DNA of 64,000 nucleotides from an uncultured Acidobacteriota bacterium (GTDB lineage Bacteria > Acidobacteriota > Thermoanaerobaculia > Gp7-AA8). The position numbers and the translations under genes were made by a program. The stretch lies in the NCBI GenBank assembly GCA_963741955.1, contig CAVUKB010000010.1:96001-160000 (forward strand), in the 5' to 3' direction. The notes below the pieces were generated by a model. It was given only the letters and a program-made list of their open reading frames with translations, was not told where the DNA came from and did no database searches. Below are positions 39,389 through 49,143 of the stretch, in pieces. Numbering within the stretch: the first letter of the stretch is position 1; the number at the start of each line of letters is the position of its first letter.

Positions 39389-39697
39389 CTACGGCTGCAC
39401 GTGAATGTTGTTGATCACTCCCTTGACCCCGCTGACGCTCCGCGCGGCGTCGACCATCTTGTTGATGTCCGACTGATTCGCGGCGTGGCCACCGAGAGTC
39501 ACGATCGCATGGTCGTCCACAGTCACTTCGATGGCGAACGTCTTCTCCGGAACGACTTCGGCGATCTTGGAACGAACGTCCGCTTCCATCGCTTTCGCGT
39601 CGACCTGAGACGGCAGGACGCGATTCATCGATCCGCAGCCGAATGCGAAGAGCATCAGGACCGCGGCCAGCATCGAAAACTTGCGATTCATATCCAT
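39389..39697 (-). CDS. BON-domain lipoprotein
   Basis: Lipobox AFGC; BON-like VTLGG...VSGVKGVINNI. Confidence 0.85.
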   Translation of the reverse strand: MDMNRKFSMLAAVLMLFAFGCGSMNRVLPSQVDAKAMEADVRSKIAEVVPEKTFAIEVTVDDHAIVTLGGHAANQSDINKMVDAARSVSGVKGVINNIHVQP

Positions 39698-39723
39698 TTC
39701 CTCCTAAACGGAGGAGCAGGAGC

Positions 39724-39738
39724 GCAAATCCGGTGCCA
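39724..39738 (-). promoter_or_regulatory. Putative sigma-54 promoter of the BON lipoprotein gene
   Basis: Minus strand TGGCACcggaTTTGC (GG-N10-GC), ~27 bp before the start. Confidence 0.6.
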
Positions 39739-39760
39739 GGGCTCCAGTACCCTCGCAACC

Positions 39761-39982
39761 TCAGCGGCGGGAGAAGTACGTCACGAGCGCCGCCACTCCG
39801 CCAACCGCGACCGCAGCCGTGATGACGCGGATGAGGCTGATCACCCACGCGATGCCGATCCCGAGTGCCGGCCACTGCACCCACCAGTCACCCGGCGAGG
39901 TCATCAGATTGATCGCGAACAGGAACGCGAGAATGACCGGTCCCATGACGAGGAATCGGACGGAGCGCATCAGCTTGAACAT
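39761..39982 (-). CDS. Small membrane protein (2TM-domain-like)
   Basis: AAAGGAG RBS. LFAINLMTSPGDWWVQWPALGIG. Confidence 0.7.
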   Translation of the reverse strand: MFKLMRSVRFLVMGPVILAFLFAINLMTSPGDWWVQWPALGIGIAWVISLIRVITAAVAVGGVAALVTYFSRR

Positions 39983-40151
39983 CGCTTCGATTCTCCTTTC
40001 TCGAGAGGATACGGGCCCCGGGGCGACTGGTTTCACCCCCGCGCGCGAATCGGTGAAGATCATCGGCTGAAGGTCACCGGTCACATTTTTCCGGCTCCCG
40101 GTACTTTGCCTTCGGATGGCGCGGATCGCCATCGCAGAAAGGAAGAAACCG

Positions 40152-41057
40152 ATGAATTCTCCCGTAAAGACATTCTCACTTCTCGTCGTCACCCTCTGCA
40201 TTGCGACGCTCGCCCTCGCCGCGGAGCCTGTTGCGTTTCGCGCCGAGGTGTCGGGCTCGGGACGCCCGATGATCCTCATCCCGGGGCTGGCGTGTCCGGG
40301 TTCCGTCTGGAGCTCGACCGTTTCCCACTTCGAGAATCGATATGAGATGCACGTGCTGACTCTGGGCGGATTCGCCGGACAACCTGCCGTCGGTGGGCCG
40401 TTCGTTTCCACGATGACCGATGCGATCGCCCGCTACATCCGCACTCACGAGCTCGACCATCCGGTGATCGTCGGCCACTCGATCGGAGGTCTGATCGCCT
40501 ATTCGGTCGCGTCGAAGTATCCCGATCTGGTCGGACCGGTGATCGCAGTGGACGGGGTTCCGTTCCTTCCCGCGCTGCAGAATCCCGCTGCCACGCCGGA
40601 GGCTGCCGCGCCGTTCGCCGACGGCATCCGGCAGACGTACGAGAACCTTTCCGCGGAAGAGTTCGCGAAGCGGAATCGGGCCGCGCTGAGCTCGATGATC
40701 ACCGATCCGGCGGAAGTCGACGCGGTGGCCGGCCCGAGCGCGAAATCGGATCGCGCCACGGTTGCCGAAGCGGTTTATGAAGCGATGACGACGGACTTGC
40801 GAGACGAGGTTGCGAAGATCAGGCAGCCGGTTCTTCTCATTGCGGCGGTCCCCGCGGACGTTCCGGAAGAGTTGCGCGAGCCGCTCGTCGCGGCGTACGG
40901 GGCGGAAATCGCGAATATCCCGGATCATCGCCTCGTTGTCGCGAAGACGAGACACTTCGTGATGCTGGACGCGCCGAAGTTCTTCTTCCGGACGGTCGAG
41001 TCGTTTCTCGATGGGCCGGCTGGTACGCCGGTGCGTGGAAGCGGTGACGGACGATGA
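40152..41057 (+). CDS. Exported alpha/beta hydrolase
   Basis: Signal peptide, LIPGL, GHSIGG nucleophile elbow, catalytic His in RHFVMLD. Confidence 0.88.
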   Translation: MNSPVKTFSLLVVTLCIATLALAAEPVAFRAEVSGSGRPMILIPGLACPGSVWSSTVSHFENRYEMHVLTLGGFAGQPAVGGPFVSTMTDAIARYIRTHELDHPVIVGHSIGGLIAYSVASKYPDLVGPVIAVDGVPFLPALQNPAATPEAAAPFADGIRQTYENLSAEEFAKRNRAALSSMITDPAEVDAVAGPSAKSDRATVAEAVYEAMTTDLRDEVAKIRQPVLLIAAVPADVPEELREPLVAAYGAEIANIPDHRLVVAKTRHFVMLDAPKFFFRTVESFLDGPAGTPVRGSGDGR

Positions 41058-42241
41058 GCACGACCTGGAATCAGATCGAGGCGGCTCTTCCCCGCGGATT
41101 CCAGCCGAACGCGCTCGATCAGGCGCTGGAGGAAGAGGTCCGCGCGGCTGCAAAGGGTGATTCGGACGCCTTCGGCCGGATCGTCTCCGCCTCGAGCCGT
41201 ATGGTCTGCAGCATCGCTCTCGCGATCGTCCGTGATCTCCACGCCAGCGAAGACGTGGCACAGGAAGTCTACGCGATGGCGTGGAGGGACGTCGGCAAGC
41301 TCCGGAACCCTCAGAGCTTCCTCCCCTGGCTTCGTCAGATGACCCGGAATCGTGCGCACTCGTATCTGCGGGATCAGGTGTCGCGACACGCGCCGCTCTC
41401 CGACGAAGCGGCGGAGGGACACCCGGATCCGCGCGCAGGTGCCGAGGTTCGCCTCATTCGCAAGGAGGAAATGCGCCTCCTCGACGAGGTGATCGACTCG
41501 CTTCCGGACGACGCTCGTGAAGTCGTGACCCTCTACTACCGCGAGGGGGAGTCGATCCGTCAGGTGGCCGCGCTGCTCGGGCTCCGCGAGGACGCCGTGC
41601 GTCAACGTCTCTCTCGCGCTCGGGCTCTCATCCGTGAGGAGGTTCTCCGGAAGAGCGGCCGCGTCCTGGCGAAGACGGCGACCGGTGCGGCATTCACGAC
41701 CGTGGTCCTCGCCGCGCTGACCACCACCGCGCCGGCTGCCACGGCGGCGACCGGGGCCGCGGCCGCGTCGGCGCTCAAGGGAGCGTCGCTTCTGGTGAAG
41801 TTTCTCGCGGCACTCGGTTCCGCCTCGCTCGGGATCGTCCTCGGAGTGGGAGCCGTTCTCTTCGACGTGAGGAAGGAATACGCGCACGCGATCGACGCGC
41901 GGGAGCGTCGTGCCGTCGTGCGATTCGGCTTACTGAGCTCCGGAACGATGGTTCTCGTCGTGATCGGATTCACGATGGCAGGTCTATGGAAAAGTCTGAC
42001 CCTTCTGATGCTGACCCAGAGCTTCTTCATCATCGTCATGGCGTGGCTCTACCGGGTGCGCCTTCCGGCCCTCCGTGCGCGTCGCCTCGCGGAAGAAGCG
42101 GCGGCCGATCCGGCCCGCGGCAGACGGGCCCGGCGCCGCGATGTTCTCTGCAGCGTGCTCGGATTCTGGGGTGGATTGATCGTCTCGACCGCGACCGTGG
42201 TCTGGGTGGCATTCTCGAGCGGGATGGCTCATCTCCCATGA
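41054..42241 (+). CDS. ECF sigma factor with C-terminal transmembrane extension
   Basis: Sigma2 (EDVAQE, FLPWL.RN), sigma4 (LPDDAREV..LYY...RLSRAR), then about four TM helices. Confidence 0.85.
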   Translation: MSTTWNQIEAALPRGFQPNALDQALEEEVRAAAKGDSDAFGRIVSASSRMVCSIALAIVRDLHASEDVAQEVYAMAWRDVGKLRNPQSFLPWLRQMTRNRAHSYLRDQVSRHAPLSDEAAEGHPDPRAGAEVRLIRKEEMRLLDEVIDSLPDDAREVVTLYYREGESIRQVAALLGLREDAVRQRLSRARALIREEVLRKSGRVLAKTATGAAFTTVVLAALTTTAPAATAATGAAAASALKGASLLVKFLAALGSASLGIVLGVGAVLFDVRKEYAHAIDARERRAVVRFGLLSSGTMVLVVIGFTMAGLWKSLTLLMLTQSFFIIVMAWLYRVRLPALRARRLAEEAAADPARGRRARRRDVLCSVLGFWGGLIVSTATVVWVAFSSGMAHLP

Positions 42242-42563
42242 GCGGGGTACAGCGAATCGGGCCGGTTGAAAGAGAAGCAAAGACCTGACCCTGATGGCCT
42301 TTGGGATTGCGGCAAGCACACAGGCGATCTAACACAACATGTCACGCTCATAACGCCGCAATAGAACGCGGTGTGGTTCTTCGCGGTGACCTCGATCTCG
42401 ACGCATCGCTGGCATGGAGCGATGTGCCGAGTCGAGGCGCGGCGGATCGCAATCGTACCGGACGATGCGGCGCCTCGGCAGCGCGGCGTTCGACCGGGGT
42501 CTGGCTGCGACCCCTTCCGGCTCGCCCGCCTTGCCTTTCGCGCGATGCGCTCTGAGGGTGTCC

Positions 42564-43478
42564 TCATTCCAGCCCGTGCGATGAAGCGGCGAGCTCGGGA
42601 GGCTTTCGCCGGGCGGCGCGCTGCATCAGCGCGACGCCTGCGAGCACCGTCACTCCTCCGACAATCGTTGAGGGAGGGACGGGCTCGTGGAGAAGAGCGA
42701 CCGCCGCGGCGAGCGTCACCAGCGGCTCGAGATAGAGGAACGCCGCCACCTGCGAGGCCTCGACCTTCTCCAGCGCGCCGTACCAGAAGAAGTAGCCCAG
42801 GCCCGAACAGGCGACGCCGAGAAAGAGAAGTGCTCCCCAGCCGCCGGGTGAGAGGTGGCCGATCTCGAGCCAGCCTCTCTTCGCCACGAAGAAGGGAGCG
42901 AGCATCAGCCAACCGAGGAGCATCGAGCCGGCGGTTGCCTCGAGCGCGCCGAGGCGCCGGAGAATCGAGCGTGATGCGACGGTGTAGACCGCCCAGTTGA
43001 TCGTGCTCGCCAGGATCAGGAAATCGCCGCGGGTGGAGGGAAGGGGAAGCGCGAGGACGCGCAGGTCTCCACGGGTGATTACCAGGAGGGCGCCCGCCAG
43101 TCCGAAAACCAGTCCCGCCGATTTCATCGCGCCGAACCGTTCATGGAGGAAGATCGCAGCGAGAATCGCCGACCAGATCGGGATCAGTCCGATCAGCCAT
43201 CCGGTCTTGACTGCCGTCGTCATGGTCAGAGCCCACGCCTGCATCATCTGATGGACGAAGACGCCGATGAAGCCCATCAGCGCGAGGTGCGCCCAGGTCG
43301 CCGGCGGCGGGATCAGTCGCTCGCGTCGCGCGAGAAGGATCCCGTGAAGCAGCGCGGTGCCGAGCGCGAAACGGATGAAGATCAGACTGACCGGCGAGAT
43401 CTCGCGCAGCACCGATTTGGTGGCGACGAACGAGATACCCCAGAAGACGATGGCGGCGAGTGCTGCGAGTCGCGGCAT
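42564..43478 (-). CDS. DMT/EamA family transporter
   Basis: Two EamA repeats (FWGISFV...RF; FLYLEP). Confidence 0.9.
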   Translation of the reverse strand: MPRLAALAAIVFWGISFVATKSVLREISPVSLIFIRFALGTALLHGILLARRERLIPPPATWAHLALMGFIGVFVHQMMQAWALTMTTAVKTGWLIGLIPIWSAILAAIFLHERFGAMKSAGLVFGLAGALLVITRGDLRVLALPLPSTRGDFLILASTINWAVYTVASRSILRRLGALEATAGSMLLGWLMLAPFFVAKRGWLEIGHLSPGGWGALLFLGVACSGLGYFFWYGALEKVEASQVAAFLYLEPLVTLAAAVALLHEPVPPSTIVGGVTVLAGVALMQRAARRKPPELAASSHGLE

Positions 43479-43629
43479 GGGATGTCCGGTCGAGCCGGAA
43501 TTCAGTTCTCAGGATGAAGAATTCGTATCGAGAAAGAAGCGCAATATTGCATCCTATTTTATGGGAATATTTTCAGGACGGCCACCCGTCGCCGACGGAG
43601 CCGTGGTCTCACTCTTCTCCATTCTCCTC

Positions 43630-44274
43630 TCACAGCCCGGCCTTCGGTGATGGCGCCAGTGCGACGTATACCAGGAGGACCATGAAATGGCAGAGGCTTC
43701 CTCCGATGACGAAGAGGTGCCACACGCCGTGGCTGTAGCGCACCTTCTTCGACATGGCGAAGAAGACGATTCCCACGGTGTAGACGATGCCGCCGGCCAC
43801 GAGCCAGGTGATCGCCGTTGGAGGAAGAGCTTTGGTGAGCGGACGGAATGCGAACACGATCAGCCATCCCATCAGGACGTAGAGAACCACGGAGAGCGCC
43901 CGGAGACGGTGCGGATATACCGAGTCCTTCACGATCCCGATAATGGCGAGTGTCCAGATTGCGCCGAACAGCCACCACCCCGTTTTTCCGCGGAGTGTCA
44001 CCAGAGTCAGCGGGGTGTAGGTACCGGCGATCAAGAGATAGATCGCGCAGTGGTCGAAGATGCGGAAGACCTGTTTGGCCCGGCCGCGGAACGAATGATA
44101 GAGAGCGGAGCTGAGGTAGGCGAGGGTCATCAGCGCGCCGTAGATCGCGAATGCAGTGACGGTCCAGGCGTCGCCCCGCAACGCCGCGGCGGTGACCGCG
44201 ACGCTCGTCCCGATGACCGCGAGCTCTGCCCCGACCACGTGGGTGATGCTGTTGAAACGCTCTCCTTCGTACAT
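43630..44274 (-). CDS. Hemolysin III/PAQR family membrane protein
   Basis: ERFNSITH, SALYH, DHCAIYLLIAGTYTP, HGVWHLFV. Confidence 0.9.
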   Translation of the reverse strand: MYEGERFNSITHVVGAELAVIGTSVAVTAAALRGDAWTVTAFAIYGALMTLAYLSSALYHSFRGRAKQVFRIFDHCAIYLLIAGTYTPLTLVTLRGKTGWWLFGAIWTLAIIGIVKDSVYPHRLRALSVVLYVLMGWLIVFAFRPLTKALPPTAITWLVAGGIVYTVGIVFFAMSKKVRYSHGVWHLFVIGGSLCHFMVLLVYVALAPSPKAGL

Positions 44275-44275
44275 C

Positions 44276-44776
44276 TCAGCTCTGAGGTCCGGACGGTTCG
44301 TCCGCGCTCGTCCCGTAGATCGCGGGAAGCGGCACATCCAGGATACGGAGGTAGACCGTCAGCTGTCCCCGATGATGGATGGAGTGATTCATCAGAACGT
44401 TGCGGATGAAGACGAGGTTCGGGAACGAGCGAACCTCCTGCTCGCCGCGGCGGAACGAGAAAGACGCCCGGGTCCATTCGTCGTCCTTCCCCTTCAGGAA
44501 TGCGCGAAGGTGGTCGAGATTCTCGCGAAACGCTTCGACCAGGTCGCCCGGGGGGACGGGCTGAGGTCTTGCGGCGGTGAGATCGAAGGAGCCCTCCTCG
44601 AGGAGGCGGCTGGCGCGCAGCGGGATATTCGCGAGATGCGTGCCGAGCTCGCCGAGAGTCATCGACTTCGCGTGTGGGCGCCACTCCCGCTTTTCGAGCG
44701 GGACGCGCTCGAGGACTCTCACCGTATTTGCTCCTTCGAATTCGAGCTCGCTCAGGATCGTCTCCAGGATTGCCAT
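44276..44776 (-). CDS. DinB family protein
   Basis: WRPHAKSMTLGELGTHL, NHSIHHRGQLTVYLR..PAIYG. This is the real 3' part of track ORF 44276-46165. Confidence 0.88.
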   Translation of the reverse strand: MAILETILSELEFEGANTVRVLERVPLEKREWRPHAKSMTLGELGTHLANIPLRASRLLEEGSFDLTAARPQPVPPGDLVEAFRENLDHLRAFLKGKDDEWTRASFSFRRGEQEVRSFPNLVFIRNVLMNHSIHHRGQLTVYLRILDVPLPAIYGTSADEPSGPQS

Positions 44777-44917
44777 TTCCATCTCCCCGTCGCCTTGCCG
44801 CGAGCATGATAGCCCGAATTCCGGTGATGGATTCCAGTGGGATACTCTCCTCGCCGGCGCACGCCCGGCCATAATTCGCGAGGCCTGAAGCGTCGCGCCT
44901 TTGATAGACTCGCCGGC

Positions 44918-45985
44918 ATGGACGAGAAGACGTCGTATCGAGAAGCAGGGGTCGACATCGATGCCCAGGACGAGGCGCTGCGTGAGGTCCGCCGGGTGAT
45001 CCGCGACACGTACAAAGAGAACGTGTTGTCGGAGCTCGGATCGTTCGGTGGTCTCTACCGCGCCGACTTCGGAACGGCGGAGAAACCGATCCTGGTCTCG
45101 TCCACGGATGGAGTCGGGACCAAGCTCGCAGTGGCGCATGCGATGAACGTGCACGACACGGTCGGTTACGATCTGGTCTGTCACTGCGTGAACGACATCC
45201 TGGTTCAGGGAGCCAAGCCGCTCTTCTTTCTCGACTACTTCGCGACGGGACGGCTCCGGCCGGCGGTCATGGTCGACGTGGTCCGCGGGATGGCCCGGGC
45301 CTGCCGTGAGAACGGCGCCGCGCTGATCGGCGGCGAGACGGCCGAGATGCCGGGCTTCTATCCGGAGGGGACGTACGACATCGCCGGGTTCATCGTCGGG
45401 GTGGTGGACGAGAAGAACCTCATCGACGGAAAAAAGGTGCGGCAGGGAGACGTGATCCTCGGGCTCCCTTCGGCAGGTCTTCACACCAACGGGTACTCTC
45501 TCGCGCGGCAGATTCTCATCGACCGGCTCGGACACGACTACCAGACGATCGTCCCGGAGATCGGCGGAAAAGTGGGCGAAGTCCTCCTGGCGCCGCACCT
45601 GTCGTATCTCTCGCCGCTCCTGCCGCTGGTGGAGGAACAGACCATCCACGCGCTCGCGCACATCACCGGAGGGGGACTCACCGACAACGTCCCGCGCGTG
45701 TTGCCGGACGACTGCAATGCGCGGATCAAAGCCGGCTCGTGGGACGTCCCTCCGCTGTTCCGCTATCTCTTCGAGAAGGGGAACGTCGAGATCGAAGAGA
45801 TGTTCCGGGTGTTCAACATGGGGATCGGAATGGTGATGATCCTGGATCCGGAGAAAGTTTCCGGGGTGATCCGGCGCCTCGACAGCCTGAGGCAGAAGTA
45901 CTACTTCATCGGGAACGTGGTGAAGGGGAACGGCGTGGTGGAGTACGACTTTCCACCGGCCGGTTTCGCCAGTTGGATCCAGTAG
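44918..45985 (+). CDS. purM: Phosphoribosylformylglycinamidine cyclo-ligase
   Basis: YREAGVD, TDGVGTK, GGETAEMP, HTNGYS, HITGGG, FNMGIG. Confidence 0.97.
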   Translation: MDEKTSYREAGVDIDAQDEALREVRRVIRDTYKENVLSELGSFGGLYRADFGTAEKPILVSSTDGVGTKLAVAHAMNVHDTVGYDLVCHCVNDILVQGAKPLFFLDYFATGRLRPAVMVDVVRGMARACRENGAALIGGETAEMPGFYPEGTYDIAGFIVGVVDEKNLIDGKKVRQGDVILGLPSAGLHTNGYSLARQILIDRLGHDYQTIVPEIGGKVGEVLLAPHLSYLSPLLPLVEEQTIHALAHITGGGLTDNVPRVLPDDCNARIKAGSWDVPPLFRYLFEKGNVEIEEMFRVFNMGIGMVMILDPEKVSGVIRRLDSLRQKYYFIGNVVKGNGVVEYDFPPAGFASWIQ

Positions 45986-45988
45986 GCC

Positions 45989-46591
45989 ATGAAACGTCTC
46001 GCAGTTCTCCTCTCCGGCCGCGGCTCGAACTTTCTCGCCATTCAGAAGGCGATTGCCGAACGCCGCATCGACGCCGAGATCGCAGCCGTGATCTCCAACG
46101 TTCATGAGGCACCGGGATTGGTGAAGGCACGCGAGCTCGGTTTGCCCTCGTGGGAGGTCGATCATCGCAGCTATGCGTCACGGGAGGACCACGAGAACGC
46201 GGTGCTTGCGATCCTCCACCGCGAGAACGTCGATCTGATCGCTCTCGCCGGTTACATGCGTCTGCTCAGCGAGAAGTTCGTTCGCGAGTTCCGGAACCGG
46301 ATTCTGAATATCCATCCCTCCCTCCTTCCGTCTTTTCCGGGGACGAATGCACAGAAACAGGCGTTCGAGTATGGAGTGAAGATCTCCGGCTGTACGGTTC
46401 ACTTCGTCGATGAGACTCTGGATGGAGGACCAATCCTCGTTCAGCGCGCAGTCCCGCTGCTCGACGTTGACACCACCGAGACGGCCGCGGCGAGGATTCT
46501 CGCGGAGGAGCACGAGGCGTACGTGGAAGCTCTGGCGAAGATCTGCAGCCGGGAGTTCCGGATCGAAGGACGCCGGGTCACCTTCCGGTGA
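45989..46591 (+). CDS. purN: Phosphoribosylglycinamide formyltransferase
   Basis: SGRGSN, LAGYMR, NIHPSLLP, GCTVHFV. Confidence 0.97.
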   Translation: MKRLAVLLSGRGSNFLAIQKAIAERRIDAEIAAVISNVHEAPGLVKARELGLPSWEVDHRSYASREDHENAVLAILHRENVDLIALAGYMRLLSEKFVREFRNRILNIHPSLLPSFPGTNAQKQAFEYGVKISGCTVHFVDETLDGGPILVQRAVPLLDVDTTETAAARILAEEHEAYVEALAKICSREFRIEGRRVTFR

Positions 46592-46630
46592 GAGCTGGTT
46601 TCTGTCGTGAAGAGGAGTGCTGACGGATCG

Positions 46631-48277
46631 TCAGGCATTCTTTCCGATCACCAGGACCGTCAGATCGTCCGCGACCGGGCGCTCACCGATGAAACGCATC
46701 ACCGCCAGTTCGATCTGCTCGACGATCTCCTCCGCCCGCTCGCCATGCAGGGCCGACAGGACTTCTGCGAATCGGGAATCGCCGAACTCGGCGCCGGAGG
46801 CATCGTCCGCCTCGCTCACTCCGTCCGTGAACAGAACCAGCGCGTCACCCTTCTCCAGGGTCAGTTCTGCAGTCTGATAGCCGGGATCGGGAAACATTCC
46901 CAGAAGAAGGTGTGCGTCGGAAACGATCCGGGGTTCGCCGGCGTGGAGCCAGTAAGGCGGCGTATGGCCGGCATTGGTGTATTCGACCCGACCACTTTCC
47001 GGATGGAGCCGGCCGGCAAATAGAGTGATGAACCTCGCCTGAGGCATATTCTCCCGAAGCGCGGAGTTCAGGCGGGCCACCAGTTCGCCTGGCGCGGGAT
47101 CCGACCCGGCGAAGATGCGGAAGGAAGCCTGAAGACAGGCCATCAGGAGCGCGGCCGTGACTCCCTTCCCGCTCACGTCGGCGATCACGAAGTAGATCGA
47201 GCCGTCGGGACGCACGATGAAGTCGTAGTAATCGCCACTGACGGTGCGGCACGGCCGGTTGACACCTTCGAAGCTGTACCCGTCGATCGCTGGAGGAGTC
47301 TCGGGGAGAAGCCTCTTCTGAATGATGTACGCGGTCTTGAGCTCCTCGTCGAGAATCCTCTTCTGAATCGCCGCCTCACGGAGCCGGGTGTTCTCCACTT
47401 TCACTGCCGCGATCCGGGCGATCTGCCCGAGAAGACGGACGTCGTCCTCGGAGAGACTCTTCTGGGTGAAGAGGTAGTCGACGTACAGCACTCCCATCAC
47501 GGAGTCGCCCGCGAGGAGGGGAGCGCAGATCACCGAGTGAATCCCCTGCATGATGATCGAATGCGCGCGGCTGAGCTTCTCGTCGACCGACACATCGACG
47601 AACGCGAGCGCCTTCTTCTCTTCCACCACCTCGGCGAGGAGAGTCTTGCTGATCGCCAGATCGCTGGTGTCGTCGGGATCCTTCCGGCGGACTTCGACAT
47701 TGCTGAACGATCTCCCGTCGTCGGCCAGAATACCGATCGCCGCACGGGACGGGTGGAGGTGTTCCATCATCCGATCGAGGATGAAACCGAACAGCTGGTC
47801 GAGCGGCTGCTCTTCGATCAGTTCCATCGCCATCGAGTTGAGGATGCGGAAACGCCCCAGGTCGATGTCGACTTCCTGTTCGGCGGTGATGTCGGAGAAG
47901 GGAATGGCGATGGTCGGCCGGGTTCGGGACTCCGGAATGGCCAGGAAGCGATCCGTGGTCTGGTCGAACAGAAAGAGGATCTCGGTATCCCCGAGCCGTA
48001 CTCGATCACCCGAGCGGAGGCGGGAGAGTCCTTCGATCCGCGTCCCGTTGACGAACGTTCCGTTCGCGCTTCCGCAGTCGCGCAGAACCCAGGAGCCTTC
48101 TTCGTGCAGAAACTCCGCGTGGCGCCGCGAGAGATAGCGGTCGCGGATGGGGACGGTGCAGTCGGGCGAGCGGCCGACGGTGGCCAGAGCCTCCATCAGG
48201 ACGTACTTCGTCGGAGGGAGCATCGGCGAGAAAACAGTAATCTCGGCGCGATGCCTCGGCAGAAGCTCTTCCATCAT
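46631..48277 (-). CDS. FHA-GAF-PP2C (SpoIIE/RsbU-like) protein phosphatase
   Basis: FHA (GR..SRRH..SANGT), GAF, GDYYD, ADVSGKG, NAGH, FTDG, DDLT. Confidence 0.9.
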   Translation of the reverse strand: MMEELLPRHRAEITVFSPMLPPTKYVLMEALATVGRSPDCTVPIRDRYLSRRHAEFLHEEGSWVLRDCGSANGTFVNGTRIEGLSRLRSGDRVRLGDTEILFLFDQTTDRFLAIPESRTRPTIAIPFSDITAEQEVDIDLGRFRILNSMAMELIEEQPLDQLFGFILDRMMEHLHPSRAAIGILADDGRSFSNVEVRRKDPDDTSDLAISKTLLAEVVEEKKALAFVDVSVDEKLSRAHSIIMQGIHSVICAPLLAGDSVMGVLYVDYLFTQKSLSEDDVRLLGQIARIAAVKVENTRLREAAIQKRILDEELKTAYIIQKRLLPETPPAIDGYSFEGVNRPCRTVSGDYYDFIVRPDGSIYFVIADVSGKGVTAALLMACLQASFRIFAGSDPAPGELVARLNSALRENMPQARFITLFAGRLHPESGRVEYTNAGHTPPYWLHAGEPRIVSDAHLLLGMFPDPGYQTAELTLEKGDALVLFTDGVSEADDASGAEFGDSRFAEVLSALHGERAEEIVEQIELAVMRFIGERPVADDLTVLVIGKNA

Positions 48278-48420
48278 CGTCGGAATGTGTCCCAGCTCGT
48301 TGTTTCATGACAGACTACACCAGGAGGCCGCGCGGCAGAAGCAGACGTCGCGAGGACGTGGATCTGGGGTCGTCCCGCCATCGGGACGGGGAGCATCACC
48401 ATCAGGAGCGGCGGAGAAAG

Positions 48421-49143
48421 ATGTCGAACGACGAAGAGGTCGACCAGGGCCGCGATAAGGGTCCCGACGGAGGGACGGACGACTCGTCGCTGCCGGCTGA
48501 CGAGGGCGAATACTTCCTCGACATCGAGTCCCACTTCGCTGAACGCCGCGGCACGCCGTTCATCTTTTCGGCCAAAGATTGGGCCCTGATGAAGAGCTGG
48601 AAAGCGGAGGGCGTTCCGGTCGCCATCGTTCTCGAAGCAATCGATCACTGTTTCGAGAAGCGACGCGAAGGGGGGCGGCGGCGGACCGTCTCCAGTCTTT
48701 CGTACTGCCGCCATGCGGTGCACGAGCTGTGGGATCAGAGAAAAGAGCTCTACGTAGGTGATTCGCCCTCGATTCCGGAAGAGGATCCCTCCATTCCGCT
48801 CGGGCGACTCGCGGAGCGGGTGGCCGAGCGCGCTGGCGCATTCGAAGAAGGTCCGATCCGCGATCATCTGAATAGAGCTGCGGACGAGATCCGGACCCTC
48901 GCGAAAGGGAAGAGCGTTCCACAGATCGAGGAGGCTCTGCTTCGGATCGAGGACGAGCTGATCACGCGAATCGGTGCCCAGCTTCCGCCGGATCTCCTCT
49001 CCCGGATCGATGCTCAGATCGAGTCCGATCTCGCGCGCTACTCATCGATCGATCCGGTGGTTCTGCAGCGGACCCGTGCGGCGAACTTCAAGCGGCTCGT
49101 TCGACGGGAGCTCGAGCTCCCTACGCTATCGATTTTCGGCTGA
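48421..49143 (+). CDS. Conserved hypothetical protein (possibly DnaD-like helical domain)
   Basis: YFLDIESHF..RRG...SAKDWAL..W...GVP..VLEAID...SLSYC. Start uncertain. Confidence 0.65.
   Translation: MSNDEEVDQGRDKGPDGGTDDSSLPADEGEYFLDIESHFAERRGTPFIFSAKDWALMKSWKAEGVPVAIVLEAIDHCFEKRREGGRRRTVSSLSYCRHAVHELWDQRKELYVGDSPSIPEEDPSIPLGRLAERVAERAGAFEEGPIRDHLNRAADEIRTLAKGKSVPQIEEALLRIEDELITRIGAQLPPDLLSRIDAQIESDLARYSSIDPVVLQRTRAANFKRLVRRELELPTLSIFG

Noticed and set aside
42242-42563. Short ORFs in the gap between the ECF sigma and DMT genes
   Set aside because: No convincing RBS, motif or structure, so they cannot be supported.
44777-46165. Long N-terminal extension of the DinB ORF
   Set aside because: Antisense to purM/purN. 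The DinB start with an RBS is at 44776.
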